A stretch of 64,000 bases of DNA from an uncultured Desulfurococcales archaeon (lineage in GTDB: Archaea > Thermoproteota > Thermoprotei_A > Sulfolobales > WANQ01). Shown here piece after piece: positions 54,101-64,000 of this stretch. Made by a program: the position numbers and the translations under genes. Within the stretch, counting starts at the first letter, position 1, and each line of letters begins with the position of its first letter. The stretch spans positions 3,932-67,931 of the forward strand of contig CAYXRT010000008.1 of the NCBI GenBank assembly GCA_964467535.1, read 5' to 3'. Below the pieces are notes generated by a model. That model did no database searches and had not been told where the DNA came from. It saw only the letters and a program-made list of their open reading frames with translations.

Positions 54101-56314
54101 ATGGTGAGGTTCAAGACTGTTGAACAAATAATGAAGATTATGGAGAACTTAGATCAAGTCAGGAACATTGGAATAATAGCACATGTAGATCATGGAAAGA
54201 CGACTTTATCCGACTCGTTACTAGCAGCTGCAGGGATTATTTCGCCAAAGGTTGCAGGTGAAGCACTTGCTTTAGACTACTTAGAGGTTGAACAAAAGAG
54301 GGGTATTACAGTTAAAGCAGCTAACATAAGTCTCTACCACGAATATAAACATAAGCCCTATGTAATTAACTTAATCGATACGCCCGGTCATGTAGATTTC
54401 TCAGGTAAAGTAACAAGAAGCTTACGTGTACTTGATGGAGCAATAATAGTTGTTGATGCGGTTGAAGGTGTAATGACACAAACAGAAACAGTACTAAGAC
54501 AAGCTCTAGAAGAACGTGTTAGACCAATACTCTACATAAATAAAGTCGATAGGCTTATTAAGGAATTAAAGTTAAGCCCAACCGAGATACAGCAAAGATT
54601 TGTAGAAATCATTAAGGAGATAAACGCATTAATTGATCTCTATGGGGAGCCGCCGTTTAAGAATAAGTGGAAGATAAATCCGTTACAAGGAAATGTAGCT
54701 TTTGGATCAGCGAAGGACAAGTGGGGATTCACAGTACCTATTGCCCAGAGAAAGGGTATTAAGATAAGCGATGTAATTGATGCATATAAGAGAGGTAAAG
54801 AAGCAGTAGAAGAATTTGCAACAAAGGTTGCGCCACTCCATGAAACAATACTAGATATGGTTGTAAAATTCGTACCTAGCCCTAAAGAAGCCCAGAAGTA
54901 CAGGATTCCAAGAATTTGGCGTGGGAATATTAACACTGAGATAGGAAAAGCTATGATGGCCTGTGATCCATCAGGTCCATTAGTAGTATTAATTAACGAT
55001 ATGAGATTAGATCCTCATGCAGGGCTCGTAGCTACAGGTAGGGTACTTTCAGGAACAGCTAGGCCAGGAGAAGAAGTATGGCTTGTTAGTGCAAGAATAA
55101 AGCAAAGAATACTACAAACAAGCATATACATGGGGCCATACCGTGAAGTTGTTGGAAGGGTTCCTGCAGGAAACATAGTAGCATTACTTGGAATAGATAA
55201 AGCAAGAGCGGGAGAAACCATAGTCTCAATGGCCTATAAGGATGCTATGACTCCATTTGAGAGATTAAGATATGTATCAGAACCCGTAGTAACAATAGCA
55301 ATAGAACCTAAAGATACAAGAGAACTACCAAAACTAATTGAAGCGTTAAGGAAAATGAGCATAGAAGACCCTAACTTAATAGTGAAAATTAACGAAGAAA
55401 CAGGAGAATACCTACTCTCAGGAATGGGTCCACTACACTTAGAAATTGCGTTAACATTGCTCAAACAGAACTTTGGATTAGAAGTAGTTACGTCTACGCC
55501 AATAGTGGTATATCGTGAAAGCATTAGGAAAGCAAGCCAAGTATTTGAAGGAAAATCACCAAATAAGCACAACAAATTATACATAAGTGTTGAGCCATTA
55601 GATGAAGAAACTATAAAGCTAATACAAGAAGGAGTTGTAACCGAGGACATGGATCCAAGAGATAGAGCTAAAATATTAAGAGATAAGGCTGGATGGGATT
55701 ATAATGAAGCTAGAAGAATATGGGCCATTGATGAAAACATAAATGTATTCATAGATTTAACGACAGGAGTTCAGCATCTAAGAGAAGTAAGAGATACAAT
55801 AATACAAGGATTCCGCCTAGCAATGAGAGAAGGACCATTAGCGGCAGAGCCCGTAAGAGGAGTAAAAGTCATATTACATGATGCTATAATTCACGAAGAT
55901 CCAGCACATAGAGGTCCGGCACAAATATTCCCAGCAGTAAGAAATGCAATATTCGCAGGTATACTTACATCAAGACCGACATTACTAGAACCTATCCAGA
56001 AACTAGATATAAGAGTACCAGCAGAGTACCTAAGCAATATAACAGCTGTCATCTCACGAAAACGTGGTAGAATAATAAACGTACTACAACATGGTCCATT
56101 ATTAAGAATCATAGCAGAAATACCAGTAGCTGAAAGCTTCGACCTAGCAGCCGAATTAAGGAGTGCAACATCAGGTAGGGCATTCTGGGGTACCGAGTTT
56201 AGTAGATGGGCACCAGTACCAGAAAGCCTACTAATGGACTTAATTAGAAGAATCAGAGAAAGAAAGGGATTACCAAGAGAACCACCAAAGCCCGAGGACT
56301 TTATAGGATTCTAA
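54101..56314 (+). CDS. fusA: Translation elongation factor 2
   Basis: 737 aa; '[16 protein letters not shown]', 'DTPGHVDF' and 'NKVD'; diphthamide loop 'HEDPAHRG'. Confidence 0.95.
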   Translation: MVRFKTVEQIMKIMENLDQVRNIGIIAHVDHGKTTLSDSLLAAAGIISPKVAGEALALDYLEVEQKRGITVKAANISLYHEYKHKPYVINLIDTPGHVDFSGKVTRSLRVLDGAIIVVDAVEGVMTQTETVLRQALEERVRPILYINKVDRLIKELKLSPTEIQQRFVEIIKEINALIDLYGEPPFKNKWKINPLQGNVAFGSAKDKWGFTVPIAQRKGIKISDVIDAYKRGKEAVEEFATKVAPLHETILDMVVKFVPSPKEAQKYRIPRIWRGNINTEIGKAMMACDPSGPLVVLINDMRLDPHAGLVATGRVLSGTARPGEEVWLVSARIKQRILQTSIYMGPYREVVGRVPAGNIVALLGIDKARAGETIVSMAYKDAMTPFERLRYVSEPVVTIAIEPKDTRELPKLIEALRKMSIEDPNLIVKINEETGEYLLSGMGPLHLEIALTLLKQNFGLEVVTSTPIVVYRESIRKASQVFEGKSPNKHNKLYISVEPLDEETIKLIQEGVVTEDMDPRDRAKILRDKAGWDYNEARRIWAIDENINVFIDLTTGVQHLREVRDTIIQGFRLAMREGPLAAEPVRGVKVILHDAIIHEDPAHRGPAQIFPAVRNAIFAGILTSRPTLLEPIQKLDIRVPAEYLSNITAVISRKRGRIINVLQHGPLLRIIAEIPVAESFDLAAELRSATSGRAFWGTEFSRWAPVPESLLMDLIRRIRERKGLPREPPKPEDFIGF

Positions 56315-56475
56315 AACCACAAATTCAGCTTCATAACAGGTGGGAGACGTTTAGACCCTACACGTTACTCTATTTTAGATCAGGCTCCTCGCTTATCATT
56401 TACATAGAGGATACCTTACTAAAGTAAATAAACTATTTAAGGTACTTCTTAAGGAAGGTTATACAGATAGGTGGG

Positions 56476-58416
56476 TTGCTAGTGTTCTCCACTCCAAAAT
56501 TTAGGGGTAGATATGTTCATGTCATTGTATTAGTAACGTTACTGATCTTAAGTAATTTAAGTATAAGCATTACATCCGTAGTACAAGCCCAAGAAGGACT
56601 ACGAGTTGAAGGTATCCCCCTTCCTGAATTCCTAGAACAGCTTGGTTTAGAGAAATGTGATGTCTATGGAGGAACACTTAAAATAGCCCTACCTAGTGAA
56701 CCAAACACTTTCAATTGGTTCGTTGCTGGAAGCTCATGGAGTCTATTATCGCTATTTCCGGTATATAGTAGACTTGTAAGAATAATTAATGGAACATTAG
56801 TATTTGAACTAGCAGAATCTATAGAATGGTCCCCGGACCACAAGGTATTAACCATAAAGATAGTTAAAGGGGCAAAATTCCATGATGGAAAACCTGTAAC
56901 AGCTGAAGATGTAGCATTCACTATAAACGTCCTTGCCCATAAATCCTGGTGCTACTATCACGGATACTTTGCTAGTGTTGAAAAAGCCGAAGTCGTTGAT
57001 GACTATACGGTAAAGGTATACTTCAAGGAGCCTGATGCAGGCTTTATATATAATGCGTTATCAGTTATGAATATCATGCCCAAGCATATCTGGGAACCCT
57101 TACTTAAAGAAAAAGGAGATGCTCTAGCTAAATACAATCCCAAGATTCCCGACGAAGTTATTGGAAGTGGTCCATTTAAAATAGTAGAATATGTTCCAGG
57201 ACAGTATGTAAAGTATAAAGCATACGAAGATTATGTCTACGGAAGACCAGGTGTAGATGAATTACTGTTTGTATTCATAACAGAAGCTAATGTAGCTATC
57301 TTAGCAGTACAGAAAGGTGATGTAGACTCCTATATAGGTTGGGTAACAGCTGAAGTAGTACCACAACTTAAGGCAACACCTTACGTTGAAATACATACAT
57401 ATACAAGTCCAACATTCTATCATTGGGGATTAAATAATCTGAAATGGCCTTTCAACATAACAGACTTTAGACGAGCATTAGCTTATGCTGTCGATAAGGA
57501 AGCAATTATAAGGGATATATTACTAGGATATGGTATACCTGGAAGTCCAGGTGTAGTACCACCAGTCGGTGTGAACCTACAATGGTTCAACCCCAATGTA
57601 TATCATAAGTATACATTCAATCTCTCAAAGACTGCTGAGATACTTGATAAACTGGGATTTAAAGATATAGATGGTGATGGATGGAGAGAAGCACCTGATG
57701 GAAGCGACTTCTCATTTGAAATATATGCACCATCTTATGACATTGTTAGAGTTAGAGCAGCTGAAATGATTGCAAAGTGGCTTTCAGAGATTCCAGGAGG
57801 AGGACTCAAAGCTATTCCCAGAGCTGCTGAATGGAAAACTGTATGGCCATTAATTAGAGAAGCTAAAGTCGACTCATGGCTACTAGGTAGTGGTCCTGGA
57901 ATGGATATAACATGGCTTATAAGGAGATTCCATAGTAGACCTATGGGTACTGGTAACTGGGCTAGATATTCAAATCCTGAGGTTGACCGCTTAACAGAAT
58001 TACTAAGAGTAACATTTGATCCTGAAGAGAGAAAGAAGATTGCATGGAAAATACAAGAAATACTAGCTGATGAAGTACCAATAATAGTTCTATATTATAG
58101 AAAGTTCATTAACCCATATAGAGTAGACAAGTTCGAGCGATGGTTTAAACCAGCAGACGATGATGCAGCTACAAACTTCATAACATTACTTAGAGTACAA
58201 TTAAAGAAAGCACCAACAACTTCTGCAACAACACCCACAACAGCACTCACTACGACCCCTACCTCCACCACTCCAACACCTACTACGCCAACACCTACAA
58301 CAAGTCCTACACCAACACCACGTCCAGCTATGGATATGACTTCAATAGCCATTGCCATCGTTATAATTATAATAATCATTGCAATAATAGCTTTTGCTTT
58401 AAGGAGAAGGAGATGA
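56476..58416 (+). CDS. ABC transporter substrate-binding protein (family 5, peptide/oligosaccharide type) with Thr/Pro-rich linker and C-terminal membrane anchor
   Basis: 646 aa. It has an N-terminal hydrophobic signal, an SBP_bac_5-like core ('KFHDGKPVTAEDVAFT'), a low-complexity 'TTPTTALTTTPTSTTPTPTTPTPTTSPTPTP' stretch (about 58211-58326), and a TM segment 'IAIAIVIIIIIIAIIAFAL' followed by RRRR. Confidence 0.85.
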   Translation: MLVFSTPKFRGRYVHVIVLVTLLILSNLSISITSVVQAQEGLRVEGIPLPEFLEQLGLEKCDVYGGTLKIALPSEPNTFNWFVAGSSWSLLSLFPVYSRLVRIINGTLVFELAESIEWSPDHKVLTIKIVKGAKFHDGKPVTAEDVAFTINVLAHKSWCYYHGYFASVEKAEVVDDYTVKVYFKEPDAGFIYNALSVMNIMPKHIWEPLLKEKGDALAKYNPKIPDEVIGSGPFKIVEYVPGQYVKYKAYEDYVYGRPGVDELLFVFITEANVAILAVQKGDVDSYIGWVTAEVVPQLKATPYVEIHTYTSPTFYHWGLNNLKWPFNITDFRRALAYAVDKEAIIRDILLGYGIPGSPGVVPPVGVNLQWFNPNVYHKYTFNLSKTAEILDKLGFKDIDGDGWREAPDGSDFSFEIYAPSYDIVRVRAAEMIAKWLSEIPGGGLKAIPRAAEWKTVWPLIREAKVDSWLLGSGPGMDITWLIRRFHSRPMGTGNWARYSNPEVDRLTELLRVTFDPEERKKIAWKIQEILADEVPIIVLYYRKFINPYRVDKFERWFKPADDDAATNFITLLRVQLKKAPTTSATTPTTALTTTPTSTTPTPTTPTPTTSPTPTPRPAMDMTSIAIAIVIIIIIIAIIAFALRRRR

Positions 58417-58492
58417 ATAAGCTAATAAAGACATATAAACTTTTTTCTATTCATCTCTTTTTACATCCAGGTAGCCTACATGAGTATGGTGG

Positions 58493-59473
58493 GTGTACAT
58501 TATAATGAAAGAGTTTTTAATGCGGAGGTTGTACTCATCTATAATAACGTTCTTTGCAATAATAACTATAGTGTTCTTCTTAGCTAGATTAAGTGGTGAC
58601 CCCCTTGCAGAACTAGCTGATGATCCTAGAATAACCCCTGAAGTTCTTGAAAAAATAAGGGCCTTATTTGGTCTTGATAAGCCGCTCCATATTCAATATG
58701 TAGATTTCATAATTAATACGCTTCAAGGAAACTTTGGTTATTCACTACATTACTCAAGACCTGTCATGGAAGTCATAGGTGAGAAACTCCCATATACATT
58801 AGCATTGCTGATTCCATCTATAACCCTCTCTAATTACCTTGCATATAGACTTGGCATTGAATGTGGGTGGAGAAGAGGCAGGAAATTTGATATAATGCTA
58901 TCGGTTCTTGCTATAATATTTAGGTCTGTACCTTACTTTTGGCTTGCAATAATATTTCTTTACGTATTTTCAGTTGAGTTGGAAGTAACACCATTATTTG
59001 GAGCTTTAAGCCCGGGTAAGCCCATGTTTGAATGGAGCTTAGATTGGTTTATTGACTACCTATGGCACTACATCCTACCGTTCTCGGTATTAACGGTTAG
59101 AGCTACACTTGGACTAATTCCTAGAGTTAGGAGCTATACTATAGACGTTATTGGTGAAGACTTTGTAGTGACGGGGGTAGCTAAAGGGTTACCTGATTCA
59201 TATATAAAGTCTAAGTATGTAGCTAGAAATGCAATATTACCAGTCATAACAGTTATGGGAATGAGGTATGCTTTCTTAATAGATGGTGCTATATTAACGG
59301 AAACCGTGTTCTCATACCCAGGTACAGGCAGACTTGTCTTCGAGGCTATTTATAATAGAGATTATTGGCTATTACAAGGTGCTGTAATAATTCTTGCATT
59401 AAGTGTTATTATAGTTAATTTTGTGATAGACATACTCTATGCACTTCTAGATCCTAAGGTAAGATATAGGTAA
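58493..59473 (+). CDS. ABC transporter permease (DppB/OppB-like)
   Basis: 326 aa, multi-TM, with the N-terminal 'RLYSSIITFFAIITIVFFLARLSGDP' typical of DppB-type permeases. An alternative start is ATG 58505. Confidence 0.85.
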   Translation: MYIIMKEFLMRRLYSSIITFFAIITIVFFLARLSGDPLAELADDPRITPEVLEKIRALFGLDKPLHIQYVDFIINTLQGNFGYSLHYSRPVMEVIGEKLPYTLALLIPSITLSNYLAYRLGIECGWRRGRKFDIMLSVLAIIFRSVPYFWLAIIFLYVFSVELEVTPLFGALSPGKPMFEWSLDWFIDYLWHYILPFSVLTVRATLGLIPRVRSYTIDVIGEDFVVTGVAKGLPDSYIKSKYVARNAILPVITVMGMRYAFLIDGAILTETVFSYPGTGRLVFEAIYNRDYWLLQGAVIILALSVIIVNFVIDILYALLDPKVRYR

Positions 59474-59484
59474 GGGGGTTCAGG

Positions 59485-60390
59485 ATGTACATTAGAGGAT
59501 TAGTAAATAAAATCATAACCGGTAACATTAACATAAAGAACTATTTAAGTAAGTTATGGTATATAGTAACATTTAGCAGAGCGTCAAAAATAGGTTTTAC
59601 ACTACTAGGAGCCATAACAATTATGGCTGTATTCGCAGATTTTATAGCACCTTATAATCCTTATGAACGAGTAGCACCATCATTCCAACCCCCATCTCTC
59701 CAACATCTTCTAGGAACGAATGATTTAGGTCAAGATATTCTTAGTGGATTAATTTATGGAGCTAGAATATCGCTTTTAATAGGATTTGTTGCAGCCCTTA
59801 TAGGCACCCTAATAGGATCTAGTATGGGTATTGTAGCTGGTTACTACAGTGGTATTGTAGATGAGATACTAATGAGGATCACGGATATCTGGCTATCAAT
59901 GCCTACACTGTTATTTACAATATTCTTAGCAGCTATTCTGGTAAAGACTAGATTACCTATGGTATTATCAGTAATTCTCGCAATATCATTAACTTCATGG
60001 CCTTCAGTAGCGCGACTTGTAAGATCTAAAGTACTGAGCATTAAGGCTTTACCTTATGTTGAAGCAGCACGAGCTATAGGGGCTTCAGATCTATATATAA
60101 TGACAAGACAAATACTCCCTAACGTATCACCAATAATAGCAATTGAAGTTGTTATGCGTACAGCTATAGCAATGATAGCTGAAGCCTCACTAAGCTTCTT
60201 AGGTCTTGGAGATCCAACTGTTAAAAGCTGGGGCATGATAATACATTATGCTATGAAAAGAAATGCCATTATCTTAGGGTATTGGTGGTGGTTCATACCG
60301 CCAGGCATAATGATATCATTAACTGTTTTAGCGCTATTTCTTATTAGCATAGGATTGGAAGAATACCTAAACCCCAAGCTTAGGAGGTGA
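59485..60390 (+). CDS. ABC transporter permease (DppC/OppC-like)
   Basis: 301 aa, multi-TM; 'LLGTNDLGQDILSGLIYGARISL' and EAA-loop 'YVEAARAIGASDLYIMTRQILPN'. Confidence 0.85.
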   Translation: MYIRGLVNKIITGNINIKNYLSKLWYIVTFSRASKIGFTLLGAITIMAVFADFIAPYNPYERVAPSFQPPSLQHLLGTNDLGQDILSGLIYGARISLLIGFVAALIGTLIGSSMGIVAGYYSGIVDEILMRITDIWLSMPTLLFTIFLAAILVKTRLPMVLSVILAISLTSWPSVARLVRSKVLSIKALPYVEAARAIGASDLYIMTRQILPNVSPIIAIEVVMRTAIAMIAEASLSFLGLGDPTVKSWGMIIHYAMKRNAIILGYWWWFIPPGIMISLTVLALFLISIGLEEYLNPKLRR

Positions 60391-60419
60391 AAAACCAAAA
60401 TAAAAGCATCGATAACGTT

Positions 60420-61445
60420 TCATAATTGTTTTCCAGGTAGACCCAATACAGCAATGCGTTCTCCAGGTTCAACAATAGAATACTTCCTAATCCTCATTAC
60501 ATAGCCGTCGATTGGTGACTTAATCTCTATAAAATCCTTATAGGTCTCTAAAACTGCAATAATTTGGTCTTTGTTAACCTTATCTCCGGCTTCAACTTTA
60601 GGTACTACAATACCTCCTCGAGGAGCTCTTATAACTTGAGTCTCACTAATTAATATTTGATTTTCTTTAGGAGAAGCATTACCATGTATTATTCCTAAGT
60701 ATTTAGCTACATTAATTACGCCGTTCATTCCAAGTTCAACGTTCTTCTGAGAAATTCTCCCTCCTTCACCTAGTTCGACTACAATTCCAGGTATGCCTTT
60801 CATGGTGGCTGCTACATGTAGCTCGCCAAAGACATAATTATAGTATTTACGTTCATGCTCGCTTTTTATCTTACTTACTGTGATGAATGGTGTTCCAAAG
60901 TATTTAGCCAGCTCTAAGGATTTATCCCTATGTGCTGAATAAGGTCGCTCTTTTCTAGGCTTAAAAGTATTAGGTGGTGGCAATAGTGCATGGGGGGCAT
61001 TCTCACCATCACATGCAGCAGTATGTAAATCTAATAAGTAATCTGAATAAAGAACAAGCTCATTAAATAGCTTATAAGCTATTACTTCACTAATATTGCC
61101 TTCAATATCACCTGGCCAAACCCTATTCATATCTAGATTATCTATGAAAGACCATCTTCTTTTTCCTAGTACAGCTAAAGGATTATGTATTGGTACAATT
61201 ATAATTGCTCCCTTCTTTAGATCATCTACATTAAGCTCTCTTGCAAGCCTTGATGCTACAAGAATACTTGTAAGCTCATCACCGTGGGAGCCGGCACCAA
61301 CATATAGAATAGGTCCAGGCTCCTTACCTGTAATAATAACGTAAGGTATAGAGAGCTTAATATCAGGAGATAAAAATGATATCTCTAATTCTTCAAATAC
61401 CTTCTCCCTAAAACCTATTTCCTTACCAGCAATTTTAAAGACCAC
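60420..61445 (-). CDS. Succinylglutamate desuccinylase/aspartoacylase (AstE/AspA) family zinc hydrolase
   Basis: 341 aa; 'GPILYVGAGSHGDELTS' (Zn-ligand H-x-x-E region), 'DLHTA', and a C-terminal beta-domain typical of the family. Confidence 0.75.
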   Translation of the reverse strand: MVFKIAGKEIGFREKVFEELEISFLSPDIKLSIPYVIITGKEPGPILYVGAGSHGDELTSILVASRLARELNVDDLKKGAIIIVPIHNPLAVLGKRRWSFIDNLDMNRVWPGDIEGNISEVIAYKLFNELVLYSDYLLDLHTAACDGENAPHALLPPPNTFKPRKERPYSAHRDKSLELAKYFGTPFITVSKIKSEHERKYYNYVFGELHVAATMKGIPGIVVELGEGGRISQKNVELGMNGVINVAKYLGIIHGNASPKENQILISETQVIRAPRGGIVVPKVEAGDKVNKDQIIAVLETYKDFIEIKSPIDGYVMRIRKYSIVEPGERIAVLGLPGKQL

Positions 61446-61728
61446 ACTTAACTCCCATTGAATTTTACCATTAATACCTAAATATATTTAACTCATCAGC
61501 AATTCTACAAGGAAATAGCGAAAGTTCTAAATTGAATTTAAAGACTGTATACTCCATTAGCGATTAGGGACATAGCTTACTATGTACAACTATGCCCAAG
61601 GGATTAATTAATTCCTTTTATTTCAACAGGTTATCAATAATCCATCACTACCATTAAGTATACAGCTCACAGTAACATCGAGAATAATATGAATATTATT
61701 ATAAGTCTTAATAGAGCATATACAAGAT

Positions 61729-63615
61729 TTATGTTCTTAGTCTTTCTTTAATAATCTTCACTGCTTCAATAGCATCGTTAAGTCCAAGACTTTTTAACTC
61801 CTCAGCCCTAGGTATACCGTATTCATCGTAACCTACCCTTCTGTAATATTCTATTCTTTGCCTCATTACCTCGCTTCTATCTATTTTCTTACCTTTATAA
61901 GGACCTTCAGGTAAAGGTTCGTAGAATCTAGGAGGTACATCGTCATGTATTCTCGGATCCCAATAGATATCGGGACCTCCTAGTAAGAGCATTATTCTTT
62001 GTAAGAAGAGTATTCTCCTAGCTTTTACATTAAGCCAAACATCTTTATTTAAATTCCACCCAGTAACAACATTAAGGAATCGTAATTGGTCCTCAAACGA
62101 TACATGAAATGCCGTAAACGAACATATTACTGCTGAGTCATGAAATATCGCAATGGGTTCTCCTGATTCATAGTCTAATTTAGCTGTAGATGTATGATCA
62201 CCACATTGAACTGATACAGCATAACTTATGGGCTTTGTATAATCTAAACAACTCCTAACACCATGAGCACCGACAGCAACGCCTTTTACAGTAACAGCAT
62301 ACTTAGTTACATCTACACCCTTAATCTTAGAGATTGCAAGAGCAGCACGATAAGTTCCTTCAGCAAATATGTTACCAAGACCTTTTCTCTCAATTATTAA
62401 CTTCATTAACTTTGCAAACGATTCTGCATTGCCCCATTCAACCTTAAATCCAAGATCCTTCTCAGATATTATATCTTTTTCAAATAATTCAGCTATAAAT
62501 CCGAGCAAGTTACCAGTACCAATACTATCAAAGCCGAGCTCATCCGCAAGAGCTGTTAAACATATATTATCTCTTGGATTAAAGACCCCAAGATTAGTTC
62601 CAAGATACGCTTGGGCTTCATAGTCGGGTCCATCGGTTACTACTTTCCCCAACCACCTACAGTTAGTGTAAGATATTTTCATACATGATATTGGACATCC
62701 ATAGCATCCCCAACGATGTCTCATCCAGTAATATTGGTATTCACTTACATGGACACGTTTATTATTATGCCATTCACTTTGCCAATTCCTTATAGGTTCA
62801 CTACTAGTCTCAGCGCCAACAACATAACCTCCTGCAGCAGTACCCCATTCCCTAAATCTTCTGCCCTTCTCACCAATAAACTTCCATAACCTATAAAGCA
62901 TATCCTTGTATCCATCTTTATCATACACTTCTGGTAAAGGATTGCAACCCTTAACAACTATTGCTTTAAGCTTCTTACTACCCATAACAGCCCCGTAGCC
63001 GCCGTAACCAGCACCATGGCTTCTTCTAGAAATAACAGCTGCACATCTAACCATTGATTCACCAGCAGGTCCTATATACAAGTACCCTGGATGAGATGGA
63101 AGACCTTTATTTTTCTCCAAACTCTTCAGTTCATTGTAGATATCCTTCATAATCCAATTAATGATCTCAGAACCCTTTAAACCCCAAATATGGGATGCAT
63201 CTCTAATCTCAATATTATCATTATATATGAATAAGTATACTGGATCCTTAGAAGCGCCTCTGATTATAATACCATCATATCCCGAAGCCTTAAGTTCAAC
63301 ACCAACATCACTATCAACTGTAGAACCTATAATACCAAGACTTTGAGGACTTTTACCAGAAATACAGACACGTGAACCACCAGGCCAAAAGCCTGTTAAA
63401 GGACCAGTTAAGATTATTAAGAGGTTTTCAGGGCCAAGAGGGTTAACCTTACTCCAGTCTAAACCAAACTCTTTCCATAAGATATAGGTTGCAAGACCTC
63501 TACCCCCAATAAATTCACGATAAACCTCTTCATCAAACTCCAATACCTTTATCTTTGAACGACTAAGATCAATATCTAAAATTTTACCATGAAAACCATA
63601 AGGAATATCCCTCAC
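61729..63615 (-). CDS. Aldehyde:ferredoxin oxidoreductase family (tungstopterin) enzyme
   Basis: 628 aa; 'YGFHGKILDIDLS', 'FIGGRGLATYILW', 'GYGGYGAVMGSKKLKAIVV' and 'CYGCPISC' (4Fe-4S ligands). The GTG start overlaps the upstream stop (GTGA). Confidence 0.9.
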   Translation of the reverse strand: MRDIPYGFHGKILDIDLSRSKIKVLEFDEEVYREFIGGRGLATYILWKEFGLDWSKVNPLGPENLLIILTGPLTGFWPGGSRVCISGKSPQSLGIIGSTVDSDVGVELKASGYDGIIIRGASKDPVYLFIYNDNIEIRDASHIWGLKGSEIINWIMKDIYNELKSLEKNKGLPSHPGYLYIGPAGESMVRCAAVISRRSHGAGYGGYGAVMGSKKLKAIVVKGCNPLPEVYDKDGYKDMLYRLWKFIGEKGRRFREWGTAAGGYVVGAETSSEPIRNWQSEWHNNKRVHVSEYQYYWMRHRWGCYGCPISCMKISYTNCRWLGKVVTDGPDYEAQAYLGTNLGVFNPRDNICLTALADELGFDSIGTGNLLGFIAELFEKDIISEKDLGFKVEWGNAESFAKLMKLIIERKGLGNIFAEGTYRAALAISKIKGVDVTKYAVTVKGVAVGAHGVRSCLDYTKPISYAVSVQCGDHTSTAKLDYESGEPIAIFHDSAVICSFTAFHVSFEDQLRFLNVVTGWNLNKDVWLNVKARRILFLQRIMLLLGGPDIYWDPRIHDDVPPRFYEPLPEGPYKGKKIDRSEVMRQRIEYYRRVGYDEYGIPRAEELKSLGLNDAIEAVKIIKERLRT

Positions 63616-64000
63616 CCCCTATTGAAATATTTTTCTTTAAGTTTCTGAGTAGCCTCCATGGGATCTCTTAAAAATTCCTTAAATTGAGGTCTAGGTTCAT
63701 AGCGAACTAATATTAACGCATTATAACCAAGCATCTGGCAGATACGTACGCACTCCGGATTACCATTACACATATCACATACAACTACAGATTTCTTACC
63801 AGATATAATCCTAGGAACACTACCTGGACATGCTTCAATACACTTACCACATAAATTACATTTACTCTCGTCAACTAGTACAAGGAACTTACTTTTATCA
63901 AAACTCAATGCCCCTGTAGGGCAAGCATCTACGCATGGATGATCAAAGCACCTAACACAGTATACTGCAACATGAACTCCAGGGATAAGTTCATATATCC
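63612..64000 (-). CDS. 4Fe-4S ferredoxin-domain protein (5' end outside the window)
   Basis: The minus-strand frame stays open upstream of the ORF-track TTG start (63908). Own translation gives '...YCVRCFDHPCVDACPTGALSFDK...', followed by 'CNLCGKCIEACPG' and 'CDMCNGNPECVRIC', i.e. several Cys cluster motifs. It is translationally coupled to the AOR gene. Confidence 0.75.
   Translation of the reverse strand, partial: IYELIPGVHVAVYCVRCFDHPCVDACPTGALSFDKSKFLVLVDESKCNLCGKCIEACPGSVPRIISGKKSVVVCDMCNGNPECVRICQMLGYNALILVRYEPRPQFKEFLRDPMEATQKLKEKYFNRG

Noticed and set aside
56367-56408. Hairpin CTCTAT-N30-ATAGAG downstream of fusA. Its minus strand contains ATGATAA...CTGA, a mini C/D-like pattern.
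   Set aside because: The boxes are not adjacent to the stem, there is only one roughly 10-nt spacer, and the C box is imperfect. It is more likely an incidental or terminator-associated hairpin in the fusA 3' region.
58211-58326. Repetitive ACN/CCN-rich DNA that could be mistaken for a tandem repeat or array.
   Set aside because: It is in frame within the ABC binding protein and encodes a Thr/Pro-rich linker before the C-terminal TM anchor, a known architecture for archaeal surface-anchored binding proteins.

Overview
This window is a dense, mostly plus-strand, information-processing core region of a visibly AT-rich archaeal genome. The lineage looks crenarchaeal (TACK). The evidence is an unsplit rpoB with split rpoA'/rpoA'', fusA detached from the S12-S7-EF1alpha cluster, an ABC binding protein with a Thr/Pro linker and C-terminal anchor, and GC-rich tRNAs standing out from AT-rich DNA. 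I cannot name the genus from sequence alone.

Gene content, in order:
- A SAM hydrolase-like gene, NMN adenylyltransferase, rtcA, a short TFIIB-like protein, psmB, nfi and tRNA-Lys.
- rpoH-rpoB-rpoA'-rpoA''-L30e-nusA-S12-S7-EF1alpha-S10-tRNA-Ser.
- S13-S4-S11-rpoD-L18e-L13-S9-rpoN-S2.
- MEMO-like, an unknown ORF, isopentenyl phosphate kinase, IDI-2 and GGPP synthase, then GluRS.
- L7Ae/S28e/L24e/ndk/aIF5B/S6e/aIF2gamma/PIN/rpoE'/spt4/DPCK/S24e/S27ae/Kae1/Bud32/ITPase/S15, then a RecJ-like gene, a Pcc1-like gene, S3Ae, a THUMP-SPOUT gene, a GlmU-like gene and YchF.
- The exosome-proteasome superoperon: L15e, DUF54-like, Rpp30, Pop5, psmA, SBDS, Rrp4, Rrp41, Rrp42, L37Ae, Brix, Pcc1, prefoldin beta.
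- A DHH phosphoesterase, EF-2, an ABC uptake system without ATPase genes, an AstE/AspA-family hydrolase, and a tungsten-type AOR with a ferredoxin-like partner.

I saw no CRISPR array, no transposase or integrase, and no recognisable defence or toxin system. I found no convincing novel multi-gene system, so this is an ordinary core region.

The oddities worth follow-up are:
- The RecJ/Cdc45-like gene has an apparent ATG start that hits an in-frame TAG two codons later.
- A motif-less ORF sits in the conserved mevalonate-kinase slot.
- tRNA-Lys carries an apparent non-canonical D-arm intron.
- Two C/D-box sRNA candidates and a Cys-rich mini-ORF are inserted in the exosome superoperon.
- There is a second Pcc1-like paralog.
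- There is a THUMP-SPOUT fusion protein.
- rps28e and infB are each inverted within an otherwise co-directional conserved array.

All protein calls rest on motif and family recognition by eye plus gene-order knowledge. No database search was run.
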